64,000 nucleotides of DNA from Gammaproteobacteria bacterium (GTDB lineage Bacteria; Pseudomonadota; Gammaproteobacteria; Ga0077536), in assembly GCA_963662545.2 (NCBI GenBank), contig CAXXLL010000003.1, positions 288,001-352,000 on the forward strand. The letters are read 5' to 3'. The translations under genes and the position numbers were made by a program. Within the stretch, counting starts at the first letter, position 1. Each line of letters starts with the position of its first letter. The notes below the pieces were generated by a model. The model was not told the origin of the DNA, ran no database searches, and was given only the letters and a program-made list of their open reading frames with translations. Shown in pieces: positions 8,978 through 18,990 of this stretch.

Positions 8978-10416
8978 TAATCCACGATCCAGGTGTCTTT
9001 GCTGCCGCCGCCCTGCGAGGAATTGACCACGAAGGACCCCTTGAGCAACGCCACCCGCGTCAGACCGCCGGGCGTCACGTAGTGCCGCGCGCCCTGGAGA
9101 ATAAACGGGCGCAGGTCCAGATGACGCGGTTCGATGCCGCCACTGCAGACCGTCGGGCAGGTCGACAGTGCCATCAGAGGTTGCGCGATGTAATTGCGCG
9201 GATTTGCGCGAATGCGCCTCGCGAATTCGCGCCGTTCGCGCTGTGTCGAAGTCGGCCCGACGAGCATGCCGAAGCCGCCCGATTCGTTCGCCGGCTTGAC
9301 CACCAGATTCTGCAGATTCTTGAGGACGTAATCGCGCGTCGTTTTTTCAGCGCAGTGGAAGGTTTCGACGTTGGGGATGATCGGATCTTCATCGAGATAG
9401 TAGCGGATCATGTCGGGGACGTAGGTATAGACCGCTTTGTCATCGGCGACGCCCGCCCCCGGCGCGTTGGCGAGCGCTACACGACCCTTGCTCCACGCGC
9501 GCACAAGACCGGGCACGCCGAGCGCCGAATCCGGGTTGAAGACTTGCGGGTCGAGAAACAGATCGTCGATGCGCCGGTAAATCACGTCGACCTGTTCGGG
9601 CCCGGAGATCGTGTGCATGTATACGCAGTCGTCGTCGCCGACGAAGAGATCGCTGCCCTCGACCAGTTCGGCACCCATTTGCTGCGCGAGGTAGGAATGC
9701 TCGAAATAGGCCGAATTGTAGATACCCGGGGTTAGGACGACTACTTCCGGATAGTCCAGGACGCGCGGGGATAGTGACGCCAGCGTATCAAACAGGTAAG
9801 AGGTGTACTCCCCGATCGGGCGTATGTTGTCCGACTCGAATAATTCAGGAAATACACGTTTTGTGACCTTGCGATTCTCAAGCATATAGGACACACCCGA
9901 GGGCACTCTGAGATTGTCCTCGAGTACGTAAAACGTCCCGCCCCGATCGCGGATGAGGTCGGTCCCGCAGATGTGCGCCCAGACCCCGAACTTGGGTTTC
10001 ATTCCCACACAGGCCTCGCGAAAATTCGGCGAGTCGACTATGAGTTCGCGCGGGACGACTGCATCGGTGAATATCTTTTGCTCGTTATAGACGTCGTCGA
10101 TGAACAAATTGAGCGCGGTCAGCCGCTGTACGAGCCCGGCTTCGATGCGGTCCCACTCGGGACCCGAGATCGTGCGCGGGATGATGTCGTAAGGCCAGGC
10201 ACGGTCGATATTCGAGCCTTCGGCGTGCACTGTGAATGTGACGCCCATCGTCTTGACTGCCAGTTCGGCGGCCTCCTGGCGCTCGCGGATCTGATCGGGA
10301 GTGAGCGAACGCATCTGCCTGGCCACCACGCGACCTGCAGCGCGGGGCCGCCCGCGCGGGCCGATCAACTCGTCGTAAAACCCGTTCGGGTCGTAATTCT
10401 TCCATGAGAATTTCAT
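8977..10416 (-). CDS. Circularly permuted type 2 ATP-grasp protein
   Basis: VLEDNLRVPSGVSY, TPGIYNSAYFEH, VVNSSQGGGSKDTW. Confidence 0.95.
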   Translation of the reverse strand: MKFSWKNYDPNGFYDELIGPRGRPRAAGRVVARQMRSLTPDQIRERQEAAELAVKTMGVTFTVHAEGSNIDRAWPYDIIPRTISGPEWDRIEAGLVQRLTALNLFIDDVYNEQKIFTDAVVPRELIVDSPNFREACVGMKPKFGVWAHICGTDLIRDRGGTFYVLEDNLRVPSGVSYMLENRKVTKRVFPELFESDNIRPIGEYTSYLFDTLASLSPRVLDYPEVVVLTPGIYNSAYFEHSYLAQQMGAELVEGSDLFVGDDDCVYMHTISGPEQVDVIYRRIDDLFLDPQVFNPDSALGVPGLVRAWSKGRVALANAPGAGVADDKAVYTYVPDMIRYYLDEDPIIPNVETFHCAEKTTRDYVLKNLQNLVVKPANESGGFGMLVGPTSTQRERREFARRIRANPRNYIAQPLMALSTCPTVCSGGIEPRHLDLRPFILQGARHYVTPGGLTRVALLKGSFVVNSSQGGGSKDTWIVD

Positions 10417-10467
10417 ACAATACGCCGCTATCGATCCCCGGACATGAAGATTCCGGCGTCAATTTAT

Positions 10468-10617
10468 GGAATCTCTGACTAAGTCATGGTGCGTCTGAAT
10501 TGTGCAGATCAAGGCACGAATCGCAAGCCATAGCGGGGACTATGGCTAAGGTTCGTCGGTTAAGGCTCCGCGATTTCATGGGCAAGGCAGATGGGCCATG
10601 ACTTATTCAGAGGTCCC
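10468..10617 (+). mobile_element. MITE family A copy 1 (150 bp)
   Basis: Terminal inverted repeats GGAATCTCTGACTAAGTCATGG...CCATGACTTATTCAGAGGTCCC; TTAT duplicated on both sides; interior homologous to the 17220 and 27465 copies. Confidence 0.88.
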
Positions 10618-10647
10618 TTATATCACCTTTGAGGACATCGAAGCGTA

Positions 10648-11196
10648 GTGGATGAAAACCGCAAACTCCCCATCGTCGGCGTCATGGGTTCGGGCCGCGA
10701 AGCGCACAGCGACCTGGCCCAGGCTTGTGGGCAACTGCTCGCCCGCAAGCCGGTGCACCTGCTGACCGGCGGCGGGGGCGGCGTGATGTACGCTGTGTCG
10801 CGTGCATTCGCACAAGTCCAATCACGGCGCGGTCTCGTCGTCGGCGTTCTGTCATCGAGCGGCGCGAAAGATCACCATCCCAGGGCCGGATATCCCAACC
10901 CGTACGTCGAACTCGCCATCCGCACCCACCTGCCGTCAATCGGCGCGCAGGGTACCGACGCCTCCTCGCGAAACCACATCAATATCCTGAGTTCCGATGC
11001 GGTGATTCTCCTGCCGGGTGGCGCTGGAACGCGCGCTGAAGCGATGCTGGCGATCCGTTACGGCAAACCGTGTATGGCGTTCGGCGACGCGGCTCAGTTC
11101 GTCGGATTTCCAACCGAGTTGTCCATGACGAGCGACATCGACGCACTCAACGACTTGGTCGATGCCGTCTTGAATAAACTAGGGGCCCGGTTTTGA
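10648..11196 (+). CDS. SLOG/LOG-family protein (molybdenum cofactor carrier-like)
   Basis: VGVMGSG, TGGGGGVM, SRNHIN, LPGGAGT..E. Confidence 0.75.
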   Translation: MDENRKLPIVGVMGSGREAHSDLAQACGQLLARKPVHLLTGGGGGVMYAVSRAFAQVQSRRGLVVGVLSSSGAKDHHPRAGYPNPYVELAIRTHLPSIGAQGTDASSRNHINILSSDAVILLPGGAGTRAEAMLAIRYGKPCMAFGDAAQFVGFPTELSMTSDIDALNDLVDAVLNKLGARF

Positions 11197-11229
11197 ACCT
11201 GCCCGCACGCTTGTGGACGAATGCGATTT

Positions 11230-12024
11230 TTACCTGTCGGCCGCGACGGCCCGCCGGGCCATGACCCCGACCAGATGGGCGCGGTAGACCGCGCTCGCGT
11301 GAATATCCTCGTTGAATTCGGTGTCTTCGACCGTGATCGAGGCGATCGCCTCGGGTGAGAATTGCTTCGATAGAGCATCTTCCATCGCCGTCATGCGAAA
11401 CACGCAGGGCGCGGCGCCCGTGACTGCGACGCGCACGCCGCGCTCGGTTTGCGCGACCATGACGCCGACGATCGCATAACGTGATGCGGGATTCGGAAAT
11501 TTTCTATATGCGGCGCGGCGTGGAATCGGGAAACGCACTGCCGTAATAATCTCATCGTCCTCGAGCACAGTCTCGAACATATCGGGGAAAAACGCATCGG
11601 CTTCGATCTCTCGTCGGTCCGTGACGACGTTTCCGCCGAGGCCGAGGACCCCGGCGGGGTAGTCGGCCGCCGGGTCGTTGTTGGCGATTGATCCGCCGAT
11701 CGTGCCGCGATTCCGCACCTGGGGATCGCCGATGAGTCCCGCCAGATGCGCCAGTGCCGGAATGCGCTTACGCACGAGATCGCTCGCCGCGACGACCGCG
11801 TGTCTGGTCATCGCACCGATCACGATCATGCCGTCTTTTTCACTGATCCCGGCCAGCGATTCAATACCGTTGAGATCAATTAGCTCGGCGGGACGGGCCA
11901 GACGCAGCTTCATGGTCGGCAGCAGGGTCATCCCGCCGGCCAAGAGCTTTGACTCATCTCCGTTACGTAGCGCGGCCAGGGCAGCCTCGAGTGAATCCGG
12001 CGATCGATAGTCAAACCGGTACAT
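11230..12024 (-). CDS. coxM: Xanthine/CO dehydrogenase family FAD subunit (CoxM-like)
   Basis: LAGGMTLLP, IGDPQVRNRGTIGGS, ANNDPAAD. Confidence 0.88.
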   Translation of the reverse strand: MYRFDYRSPDSLEAALAALRNGDESKLLAGGMTLLPTMKLRLARPAELIDLNGIESLAGISEKDGMIVIGAMTRHAVVAASDLVRKRIPALAHLAGLIGDPQVRNRGTIGGSIANNDPAADYPAGVLGLGGNVVTDRREIEADAFFPDMFETVLEDDEIITAVRFPIPRRAAYRKFPNPASRYAIVGVMVAQTERGVRVAVTGAAPCVFRMTAMEDALSKQFSPEAIASITVEDTEFNEDIHASAVYRAHLVGVMARRAVAADR

Positions 12025-12027
12025 GAT

Positions 12028-12498
12028 TCAAACCTCAGGGCCGCCGTTCGCCGCGACCGCCTGTACCGCTTTGACGATGTTCTGGTAACCGGTACAGCGG
12101 CAGATGTTGCCCTCGAGCCAATTGCGAATCTCGGACTCGCTGGGATTCGCGTTGCGCTTCAGCAATTCCGCCGCACTCATGATCATGCCAGGCGTGCAAA
12201 ATCCGCATTGGAGGCCATGTTCCTCACGGAAGGCTGCCTGCAACGGGTGAAGCTGGTCTCCGTCGGCCATGCCTTCTATGGTCGTGACTGCTGAGCCGTT
12301 GGCCTGCACGGTCAGCAACGTGCAACTCTTGATCGAATGCCCGTCAACATGCACCACACAGGCACCGCACTGACTGGTGTCACAGCCGACGTGTGTGCCG
12401 GTAAGCCCGAGTTCGTCCCGCAGGAAATCGACGAGCAGGGTCCGCGGTTCCACGTCCGCGCGCACCGGTTTGTCATTGACCGAAAAAGAGACCTGCAT
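12028..12498 (-). CDS. coxS: [2Fe-2S] small subunit (CoxS-like)
   Basis: [24 protein letters not shown]; start MQVSF follows GGAG. Confidence 0.9.
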   Translation of the reverse strand: MQVSFSVNDKPVRADVEPRTLLVDFLRDELGLTGTHVGCDTSQCGACVVHVDGHSIKSCTLLTVQANGSAVTTIEGMADGDQLHPLQAAFREEHGLQCGFCTPGMIMSAAELLKRNANPSESEIRNWLEGNICRCTGYQNIVKAVQAVAANGGPEV

Positions 12499-12520
12499 TG
12501 ACGTTTCTCCGCCTGCGGCT

Positions 12521-12994
12521 TTATTGAGATGTTTTAGGTTCGGCCTGGCCCGACTCATCACCGAAACCCGCCGAAAACGCGTCGAAGAATTTGCCCGCGA
12601 GCTTACGCGTCGTCGGGACAATTAAGCGTGAACCGACCTGGGCGATGCGTCCGCCGGCGTTGAATTTGGCCACGTAGCGCAGCAGCGTACCCTCGTCGAT
12701 CTCTTCGAGCACGACATCGGCAACGCCTTCGCCGAACCCCGCAGCGCCGCCTTGTCCCCGACCACTCAAAGTATAGGAGAACGGAGCATTGACGTTGGAT
12801 ACCGTCAGGGTGGTCTTGAACCGGGCTTTGACCGGACCGTACTTGGCCAGTACTACGCAGTCGTAGACCGCTTCGGAAACCTGCGACATCGATTCACAAC
12901 CTGGGATGCACTGCGCCAACACGTCGGGATCGATGAGGCGCCGCCACACGTCTATCGGTCGGGCCTTGATGCGGTATTCGCCCTCGATGTCCAT
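12521..12994 (-). CDS. coxG: CoxG/SRPBCC family protein
   Basis: [31 protein letters not shown]. Confidence 0.85.
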   Translation of the reverse strand: MDIEGEYRIKARPIDVWRRLIDPDVLAQCIPGCESMSQVSEAVYDCVVLAKYGPVKARFKTTLTVSNVNAPFSYTLSGRGQGGAAGFGEGVADVVLEEIDEGTLLRYVAKFNAGGRIAQVGSRLIVPTTRKLAGKFFDAFSAGFGDESGQAEPKTSQ

Positions 12995-13031
12995 CCGTTG
13001 CCACTCCCAAACCGGATGGCGACCTGCGCTG

Positions 13032-13316
13032 CTAGCCAACATCCAGGCCGATCGAAAAAACACTTTCCAGATCGTGGCGCGAATAGGTCTTGAATGCGAT
13101 GAGCGTTTCGGTACGGTCGATCCCTTCGATCTTGACCATGCGCTCGGTCACCATATCGGCGATGTCCTCGTTGCTTTTGACGCGCACCAAAGCGACGACG
13201 TCATAGCTTCCGCCCACCGAATAGACTTCGGAGATCTCGGGAAACTCGGCCAGCGCTTGGGCCACGTCGTTGGTGTTCCCGTGCCGGGTTTGAATGAGAA
13301 CGATAGCCGTGACCAT
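13032..13316 (-). CDS. Lrp/AsnC ligand-binding (RAM) domain-only protein
   Basis: MVTAIVLI..SEVYSVGGSYDVVALVRV..TETLIAF; no HTH. Confidence 0.85.
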   Translation of the reverse strand: MVTAIVLIQTRHGNTNDVAQALAEFPEISEVYSVGGSYDVVALVRVKSNEDIADMVTERMVKIEGIDRTETLIAFKTYSRHDLESVFSIGLDVG

Positions 13317-13645
13317 GGTGCCCTTACTCCGCATGTAATCCTGTCGTCGAGGCATCTTAACCCGGATATCTCACCAGACGGGCCCGGTGAATAACGCGCT
13401 GCCCTTGCTTTTCAGTGCAGGCCGATGCGAATAGCTGACGGGTGTGCTGCGCCGCACAAATTTAAGGGACGACTATGAATACAACCGGCGCCTGTTCATG
13501 CTGGATGTGACCTCGAAAGCAAATGGGTCGCGCCATGGATGGCAGGCACGGAATAATCGATGCACCTATCACCCCGATTGCGAGCGCACCGATACGCTCT
13601 GGAATTCGTATACTTTGGAATGATTTCTGCGGGAGAGCCAGGCCG

Positions 13646-15175
13646 ATGGATCAGAACGAAGCACCGCCCAAACGGATTTTGATCCTCGGTGGCGGAACCG
13701 CCGGGTGGATGACTGCCGCCCTGCTCGCCAACGCATGGGGCAAACGCGGGATCGAAATCACCCTGCTCGAATCCAAGGCCATCGGGATCATCGGGGTGGG
13801 CGAAGGCTCAACGCCCAAAATGCGCCGTTTTTTCGATAAACTCGGGGTGGCGGAATCCGAGTGGATGCCTCTCTGCAACGCCACCTATAAGTGCGGCATT
13901 CGCTTTCCGCACTGGTCCACACGCAAGGGGTATCGCAGTTACTATCACCCGTTCTTCTCCATCAGCGACGACCCGACCATCAGGGCGTTTTTCCAGAATT
14001 CGACCATTCGCAGCCGCAATTTCAACGTACACGCGCACCCTGATACTTTTTTCGTCTCTCATTACCTGTCGAAGAACAAGCGCGCACCGCTGCCGGACGC
14101 GGGTATCGATTACCAGACGGACTATGCCTATCACTTCGAAGCGAGTCTCATCGGAGAATTTCTCAAGAACCATGCGCTCAAGCTCGGGGTCGCGCACCTG
14201 ATCGACACCGTGACCTCGGTCAACCAGCATGAAAACGGTGATATCGCCACCTTGCAGACCGAGGAGCACGGCCTCGTCGAGGCCGACTTTTTTGTCGACT
14301 CCACTGGATTCGCCAGCGTGCTCATTTGCCGCACACTGGGGGTTCCGTTCAATTCCTACAAGGACATTCTGTTCAACGATCGCGCGGTCGCGATGCCGAC
14401 CCCGCTCGACGATGACGGCACCCTGCCCTCGCAAACCCTGTCGACTGCGCTCAAGTACGGCTGGGTCTGGAAGATCCCGCTGTCGAGCCGCTTCGGTAAC
14501 GGCTACGTTTACTCATCGGATTTCACCGACGAAGAATCAGCCGAACGCGAACTCCGTGAACACCTCGGCTTGACCGAAGACGCGACAGAGGCGCGCCACC
14601 TCAAGATGCGGGTCGGCCGCGTCGATAAGAGCTGGCATAAGAACTGCCTCGCTGTGGGATTGTCGCAGGGCTTCGTCGAACCGCTGGAAGCGACGGCCCT
14701 CATGGTCGTGCAGGACACCGTCGAAACCTTCATCACGCGGTTCGAACAGGGCGGATTCAGCGATCGCTATCGCGCCGACTTCAATGAAAAGGTGAATTTG
14801 ATCTTCGACGGCGTTAAGAACTACATCTTCATGCATTACAAGCTGAATTCCCGCGACGATACGGAATACTGGAAAGCCAATCGGGAAAACACCAACGTAT
14901 CGGATGATGTCGCCGCGATTCTCGACGTCTGGGACAAAGGCGGCGATCTACTGGGCGAATTGCGCAGCCAGAGCAGCCGTCTCGTCTACAGTCCCACATC
15001 GTGGTATTGCATACTCTCCGGCATGGGCCGATTTCCGAGAAAGCCGAAAAAGCCGAAACGCAATTTCCAGGTTGTCGACCCGGAGGACGCCCGCGCATTC
15101 TGCGAGAGTATGCTGCCGCATTTCCCCGATCACCGCGAGGCGATCGACCGCATGACTTATTCAGAGGTTCCTTAG
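13646..15175 (+). CDS. Flavin-dependent halogenase, tryptophan halogenase family
   Basis: GGGTAGW, IGVGEGS, ATYKCGI (catalytic Lys), WVWKIP, GFVEPLE. Confidence 0.9.
   Translation: MDQNEAPPKRILILGGGTAGWMTAALLANAWGKRGIEITLLESKAIGIIGVGEGSTPKMRRFFDKLGVAESEWMPLCNATYKCGIRFPHWSTRKGYRSYYHPFFSISDDPTIRAFFQNSTIRSRNFNVHAHPDTFFVSHYLSKNKRAPLPDAGIDYQTDYAYHFEASLIGEFLKNHALKLGVAHLIDTVTSVNQHENGDIATLQTEEHGLVEADFFVDSTGFASVLICRTLGVPFNSYKDILFNDRAVAMPTPLDDDGTLPSQTLSTALKYGWVWKIPLSSRFGNGYVYSSDFTDEESAERELREHLGLTEDATEARHLKMRVGRVDKSWHKNCLAVGLSQGFVEPLEATALMVVQDTVETFITRFEQGGFSDRYRADFNEKVNLIFDGVKNYIFMHYKLNSRDDTEYWKANRENTNVSDDVAAILDVWDKGGDLLGELRSQSSRLVYSPTSWYCILSGMGRFPRKPKKPKRNFQVVDPEDARAFCESMLPHFPDHREAIDRMTYSEVP
15151..15171 (-). 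repeat. Solo terminal repeat of MITE family A encoding the halogenase C-terminus
   Basis: CATGACTTATTCAGAGGTTCC followed by TTAG, identical to 17361-17385; translates MTYSEVP*. Confidence 0.85.
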
Positions 15176-15178
15176 GGG

Positions 15179-15679
15179 TTAATACGCATCGCGATACGCC
15201 GGGATTTCATCGTCCGGGAACCACTCCCTGATCGCTTCCTCGGTGAACAGCGTCTCCTGTGAATCGACTTTCCAGACATCACCGTCCTTGACGGTCACGT
15301 AGTACTCGAACTCCGTCGTTCCCTGGTTGTTGAATTTGTCTCTCGATTTCAGAATATTGGGCACAGTCGCCCACTTCTCACATGCTGGGTCATCGTCAAT
15401 CGCATGCGCCTGGCGGATGTCCATCCCGAAGATCGTGACCTCGCCGCCCTTGTAAAACATGTTTTGCAGGCCCACCCACTCGTCACGGCCGCGGCTATCG
15501 GTCATGTTCTCGCTGACGAACTCCCAGGCATCGTTGAAGCGGTATTGCGACATCGCCATGATGTAAGCCTCGACCGCACCGTGCGGACCCTCGTCATCAG
15601 CGCAGGGTGCGGACGCGACCGGCTCGACAATACACAAGGCCACACAGGCATAGACGGATTTGATCCATTGTTTGTTCAT
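15179..15679 (-). CDS. Hypothetical exported protein (possible NTF2-like fold)
   Basis: Signal peptide, GAGGA RBS, acidic, C-terminal WKVD. Confidence 0.7.
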   Translation of the reverse strand: MNKQWIKSVYACVALCIVEPVASAPCADDEGPHGAVEAYIMAMSQYRFNDAWEFVSENMTDSRGRDEWVGLQNMFYKGGEVTIFGMDIRQAHAIDDDPACEKWATVPNILKSRDKFNNQGTTEFEYYVTVKDGDVWKVDSQETLFTEEAIREWFPDDEIPAYRDAY

Positions 15680-15724
15680 GGTATCGGTTCCTCCTCTGGC
15701 GGGCGCTCGATCACGTGATAGCGC

Positions 15725-17152
15725 TCAAGCATCCGCTCGCCGCTTTAATTGCACGATGAGATTCGTCGGCATCATCGTAAACGCCAGTTTCTCGCCCACC
15801 GGACGATTAGGATCGACGAGACGGACATTGAAATTTCGGCACAGCATCGCCAGCACAGTCCTGATCTGAAGCAAGGCGAGATTCCTTCCCGGGCAGAACC
15901 GCGGCCCGGTCCCGAACGGAATAAAAGCAGTGGTATCGTGGGGACATTGACGTTCGGCATCCAGCGTCAGCCATCGTTCAGGATCGAACCTGCTGCCGTC
16001 GCCGAATTGCGCGTCGTTGACCGCGATATGCCGCGTGAGCAACATGATGACGGTGCCCTTCGGAATCCGGTAGCCCATGAGTTCGACGTCCTCGAGCGGT
16101 TCCATGGCGTTGATCGGCCCGACCGGTTTCAGGCGCATGGTCTCGTTATAAAAAGCCTCAATGAACGTGAACTGCGCGGTCTGTTCGATCTCGCGCGGCA
16201 GTTCTTCGGGCGCGACGATGCCATCGACCTCCGCCCGCGCACGGGCGAAATGTTCCGGGTATTCGATGAAGTAGTTAACCGCCCATGCGATCGTGTTTGC
16301 GGTCGTATCCTCACCTGCCAGCAACACCGTGCAGACATTTCCGAAGATTTCCGCGTCGGACAATTCGAGGCCCTCTGATTCCTTCGCCGCGATCATCGCT
16401 TCGAGAAAGTTCGTGGGTTTCTCAAACAGGGAAGCATCGGCGGCCATGCGCGCGCGCACGTCGGCAATCATCTGATCCACTTGCTTCTGCACGTCGCGCA
16501 AAGCGCGGTCGAGTTCGCGATCCTTCGCCAGTCGAACATAGCGCCAGTACGGGAAAGGCGCATTAATGCGCCAGTTCAACATCGGAAAGATCTTATCGAG
16601 ATTCTGTTGGATCACAGGGCCATCGGTTTCAACTGTGTTGACGTCGATCCCGAACGCAAGCTGGGTGGTCACATCGACCGTGAACCGCATGAGGTCGCGG
16701 CACAAATCAACCGCGGTGCCGGCATCGGCCGCGGTCTCCCAGCGGCGCTTCAAGCGTTCGGCGGTCACCAGCAACTTCGGGAAAAACGGCTTTAAGTGTG
16801 CGGTGTTGAGTGCAAGCGCGACTATTTTCCGTTGCCGCCGCCAGTTGTCACCTTCCGCTGAAAAAACCCCGGTTAGCCTCATTTCGACGGTCGCTGATTC
16901 GAGTGCACGCGTGCGCCGGAACACATCGGGCCGTTCGCGGAACATGCGCTTGATCGTTTCGGTTTCCGCGATGACGATGATTTTTCGCCGACCGATGCGG
17001 AGCCGATAAATGGGGCCGTATTCTTCGCACCAATCCTCCAGACGACGGTGAAAGACCTTGAAATCGATGTCGAACAGACTGCCGATAATCGGCAGGCCGC
17101 GCGGGCCTTCCAGGGATTCGATGGATTCCAGTTGGGGGTGTACGGCGGCCAT
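15725..17152 (-). CDS. Cytochrome P450
   Basis: AGEDTT I-helix, ETMR, PERW, FGTGPRFCPG haem ligand. Confidence 0.95.
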   Translation of the reverse strand: MAAVHPQLESIESLEGPRGLPIIGSLFDIDFKVFHRRLEDWCEEYGPIYRLRIGRRKIIVIAETETIKRMFRERPDVFRRTRALESATVEMRLTGVFSAEGDNWRRQRKIVALALNTAHLKPFFPKLLVTAERLKRRWETAADAGTAVDLCRDLMRFTVDVTTQLAFGIDVNTVETDGPVIQQNLDKIFPMLNWRINAPFPYWRYVRLAKDRELDRALRDVQKQVDQMIADVRARMAADASLFEKPTNFLEAMIAAKESEGLELSDAEIFGNVCTVLLAGEDTTANTIAWAVNYFIEYPEHFARARAEVDGIVAPEELPREIEQTAQFTFIEAFYNETMRLKPVGPINAMEPLEDVELMGYRIPKGTVIMLLTRHIAVNDAQFGDGSRFDPERWLTLDAERQCPHDTTAFIPFGTGPRFCPGRNLALLQIRTVLAMLCRNFNVRLVDPNRPVGEKLAFTMMPTNLIVQLKRRADA

Positions 17153-17219
17153 GCGATTCGTCCTCTTGCCGTGTCGATTCGGAACGGCGTTCGAACTTTC
17201 AACGATGTTACCAGCTTAG

Positions 17220-17381
17220 GGAACCTCTGAATAAATCATGGCACACGTGCCTAGCGCCTGAAATCGTGCAGCTCGGCATTACGAATCTTAGCCCTAGTCC
17301 CCGCTATTACCTGCGATTCGTGCCTTGCTCTGCACGATTTCATGCACCCTTCACACGCACCATGACTTATTCAGAGGTTCC
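17220..17381 (-). mobile_element. MITE family A copy 2 (162 bp, opposite orientation)
   Basis: GGAACCTCTGAATAAATCATGG...CCATGACTTATTCAGAGGTTCC; TTAG duplicated on both sides. Confidence 0.9.
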
Positions 17382-17457
17382 TTAGCGAGTCGATTGAACC
17401 GCACAACGCCGATCAACTATCCTTGGGTGCTTAGCTCATTTTACAAGGTTGAGGTCT

Positions 17458-18990
17458 ATGAGCGCTTCCCCTTCGCCGATGCAAGAAAAATCCGCGCCTT
17501 TCAAGATTGCCATCATCGGCGCCGGTTTTGCCGGCATCTGCATGGGGATCCGCCTCAAGCAGGCGGGCATCGACGACTTCGTGATCTATGAGCGCGCCGA
17601 CGAACTCGGCGGCACCTGGCGGGACAACACCTATCCCGGTTGCGCGTGCGACGTCCCCTCGCACCTTTACTCCTTTTCCTTCGATCTGAAAAAGGATTGG
17701 CCGCGCGTCTATTCGTCGTGGGAGGAAATTCAGGACTATCTCCACCTCTGTGCCGAGAAGTACGGCCTCACTTCGCACATTAAATACGGAGTAACTATCA
17801 ACAATTCACGCTTTGACGAGGACAGCGGATTGTGGACCTTGACCGCGGAGGCCGGTGATTCCTATACCGCAAACGTCATCGCCAGCGGCACCGGCCCCCT
17901 CAACAAGCCGTTCATTCCCGATATTCCCGGGCTTAACCGTTACAAGGGCAAGACCTTCCACTCATCCCAATGGGATCACGACTTCGATTGCGAGGGTAAA
18001 ACAATCGCCGCGATCGGTAACGGCTGCAGCGGCATTCAGTACATACCGGAGATCGCGCCTAAAGTTTCGCGCCTGCATGTCTTCACGCGAACGCCGACCT
18101 GGATCGTACCGCGCTTTGATCGCGCTTATGCCAAAGTTGAGCGCTGGGCTTTCAAATGGATCCCGGGCTGGCCGCGGCTTTATCGGTATTACATTTACTG
18201 GCGCAACGAATATTACGGCCTCGGGATCATCGGCTACCCGTTCTTCAACAAGCTGCTGCAGAAGCTTGCGCATTTGAATCTCAATGCCCGGGTAAAGGAC
18301 CCGGTTCTACGGGAAAAGCTGACCCCGACTTTTCGGATCGGGTGCAAACGCATCAATATCTCCGACGACTACTACCAGACACTGCAGCGCGATAACGTCG
18401 AGCTGGTCACCGAGGGCATTCAGGCGGTCACCGAAAACGGGCTCATCACCGCCGACGGCAAGGAACGTGCTGTCGACGCGATCATCTTCGGTACGGGTTT
18501 CGTCACCACCGAGTACCTGCAGCCGATGAAGATCTACGGGCGTGGCGGCAAAGAGCTGACCGAGCAATGGCAGGCTGGCGCGGAATCCTACCTCGGTATA
18601 TCGGTCGCCGGTTTTCCGAACTATTTTCTCCTGCTCGGACCGAACACCGGGCTCGGACACAATTCGGTGATCTTCATGATCGAGGCACAGGTCGACTACG
18701 TCATGAACGCCATCGAAAAACTTCGCGCAGGTGTCGCCGATGCGGTTGATGTCCGCGCGGATGTACAGCGGGCGTTTAGCGAAAAAATCCAGGAGGAACT
18801 TAAATCGACTTCATGGGCGTCCGGCTGTCAAAGCTGGTACCTGGCCCCCGACGGCCGGAACTTCAGCATCTGGCCTGGTTTCACCATGTCCTACTGGTTC
18901 AAGACGCGCCGTTTCGAGCCGCGTAATTATGAGCTCTTGACCTGCAAACCTAAGGAGTCGCCCGGCCAGGCCGAGCGAGTTGCCGCCTAG
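17458..18990 (+). CDS. Baeyer-Villiger / flavin-containing monooxygenase
   Basis: GAGFAG, GGTWRDNTYPGCACD, fingerprint YKGKTFHSSQW, GNGCSG. Confidence 0.92.
   Translation: MSASPSPMQEKSAPFKIAIIGAGFAGICMGIRLKQAGIDDFVIYERADELGGTWRDNTYPGCACDVPSHLYSFSFDLKKDWPRVYSSWEEIQDYLHLCAEKYGLTSHIKYGVTINNSRFDEDSGLWTLTAEAGDSYTANVIASGTGPLNKPFIPDIPGLNRYKGKTFHSSQWDHDFDCEGKTIAAIGNGCSGIQYIPEIAPKVSRLHVFTRTPTWIVPRFDRAYAKVERWAFKWIPGWPRLYRYYIYWRNEYYGLGIIGYPFFNKLLQKLAHLNLNARVKDPVLREKLTPTFRIGCKRINISDDYYQTLQRDNVELVTEGIQAVTENGLITADGKERAVDAIIFGTGFVTTEYLQPMKIYGRGGKELTEQWQAGAESYLGISVAGFPNYFLLLGPNTGLGHNSVIFMIEAQVDYVMNAIEKLRAGVADAVDVRADVQRAFSEKIQEELKSTSWASGCQSWYLAPDGRNFSIWPGFTMSYWFKTRRFEPRNYELLTCKPKESPGQAERVAA

Noticed and set aside
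4863-15175. Solo MITE ends at 4867 and 15171 face inward with TTAG outside each, mimicking a 10-kb composite transposon
   Set aside because: The left end sits inside the native ccmF-ccmG order; the shared TTAG is explained by target preference
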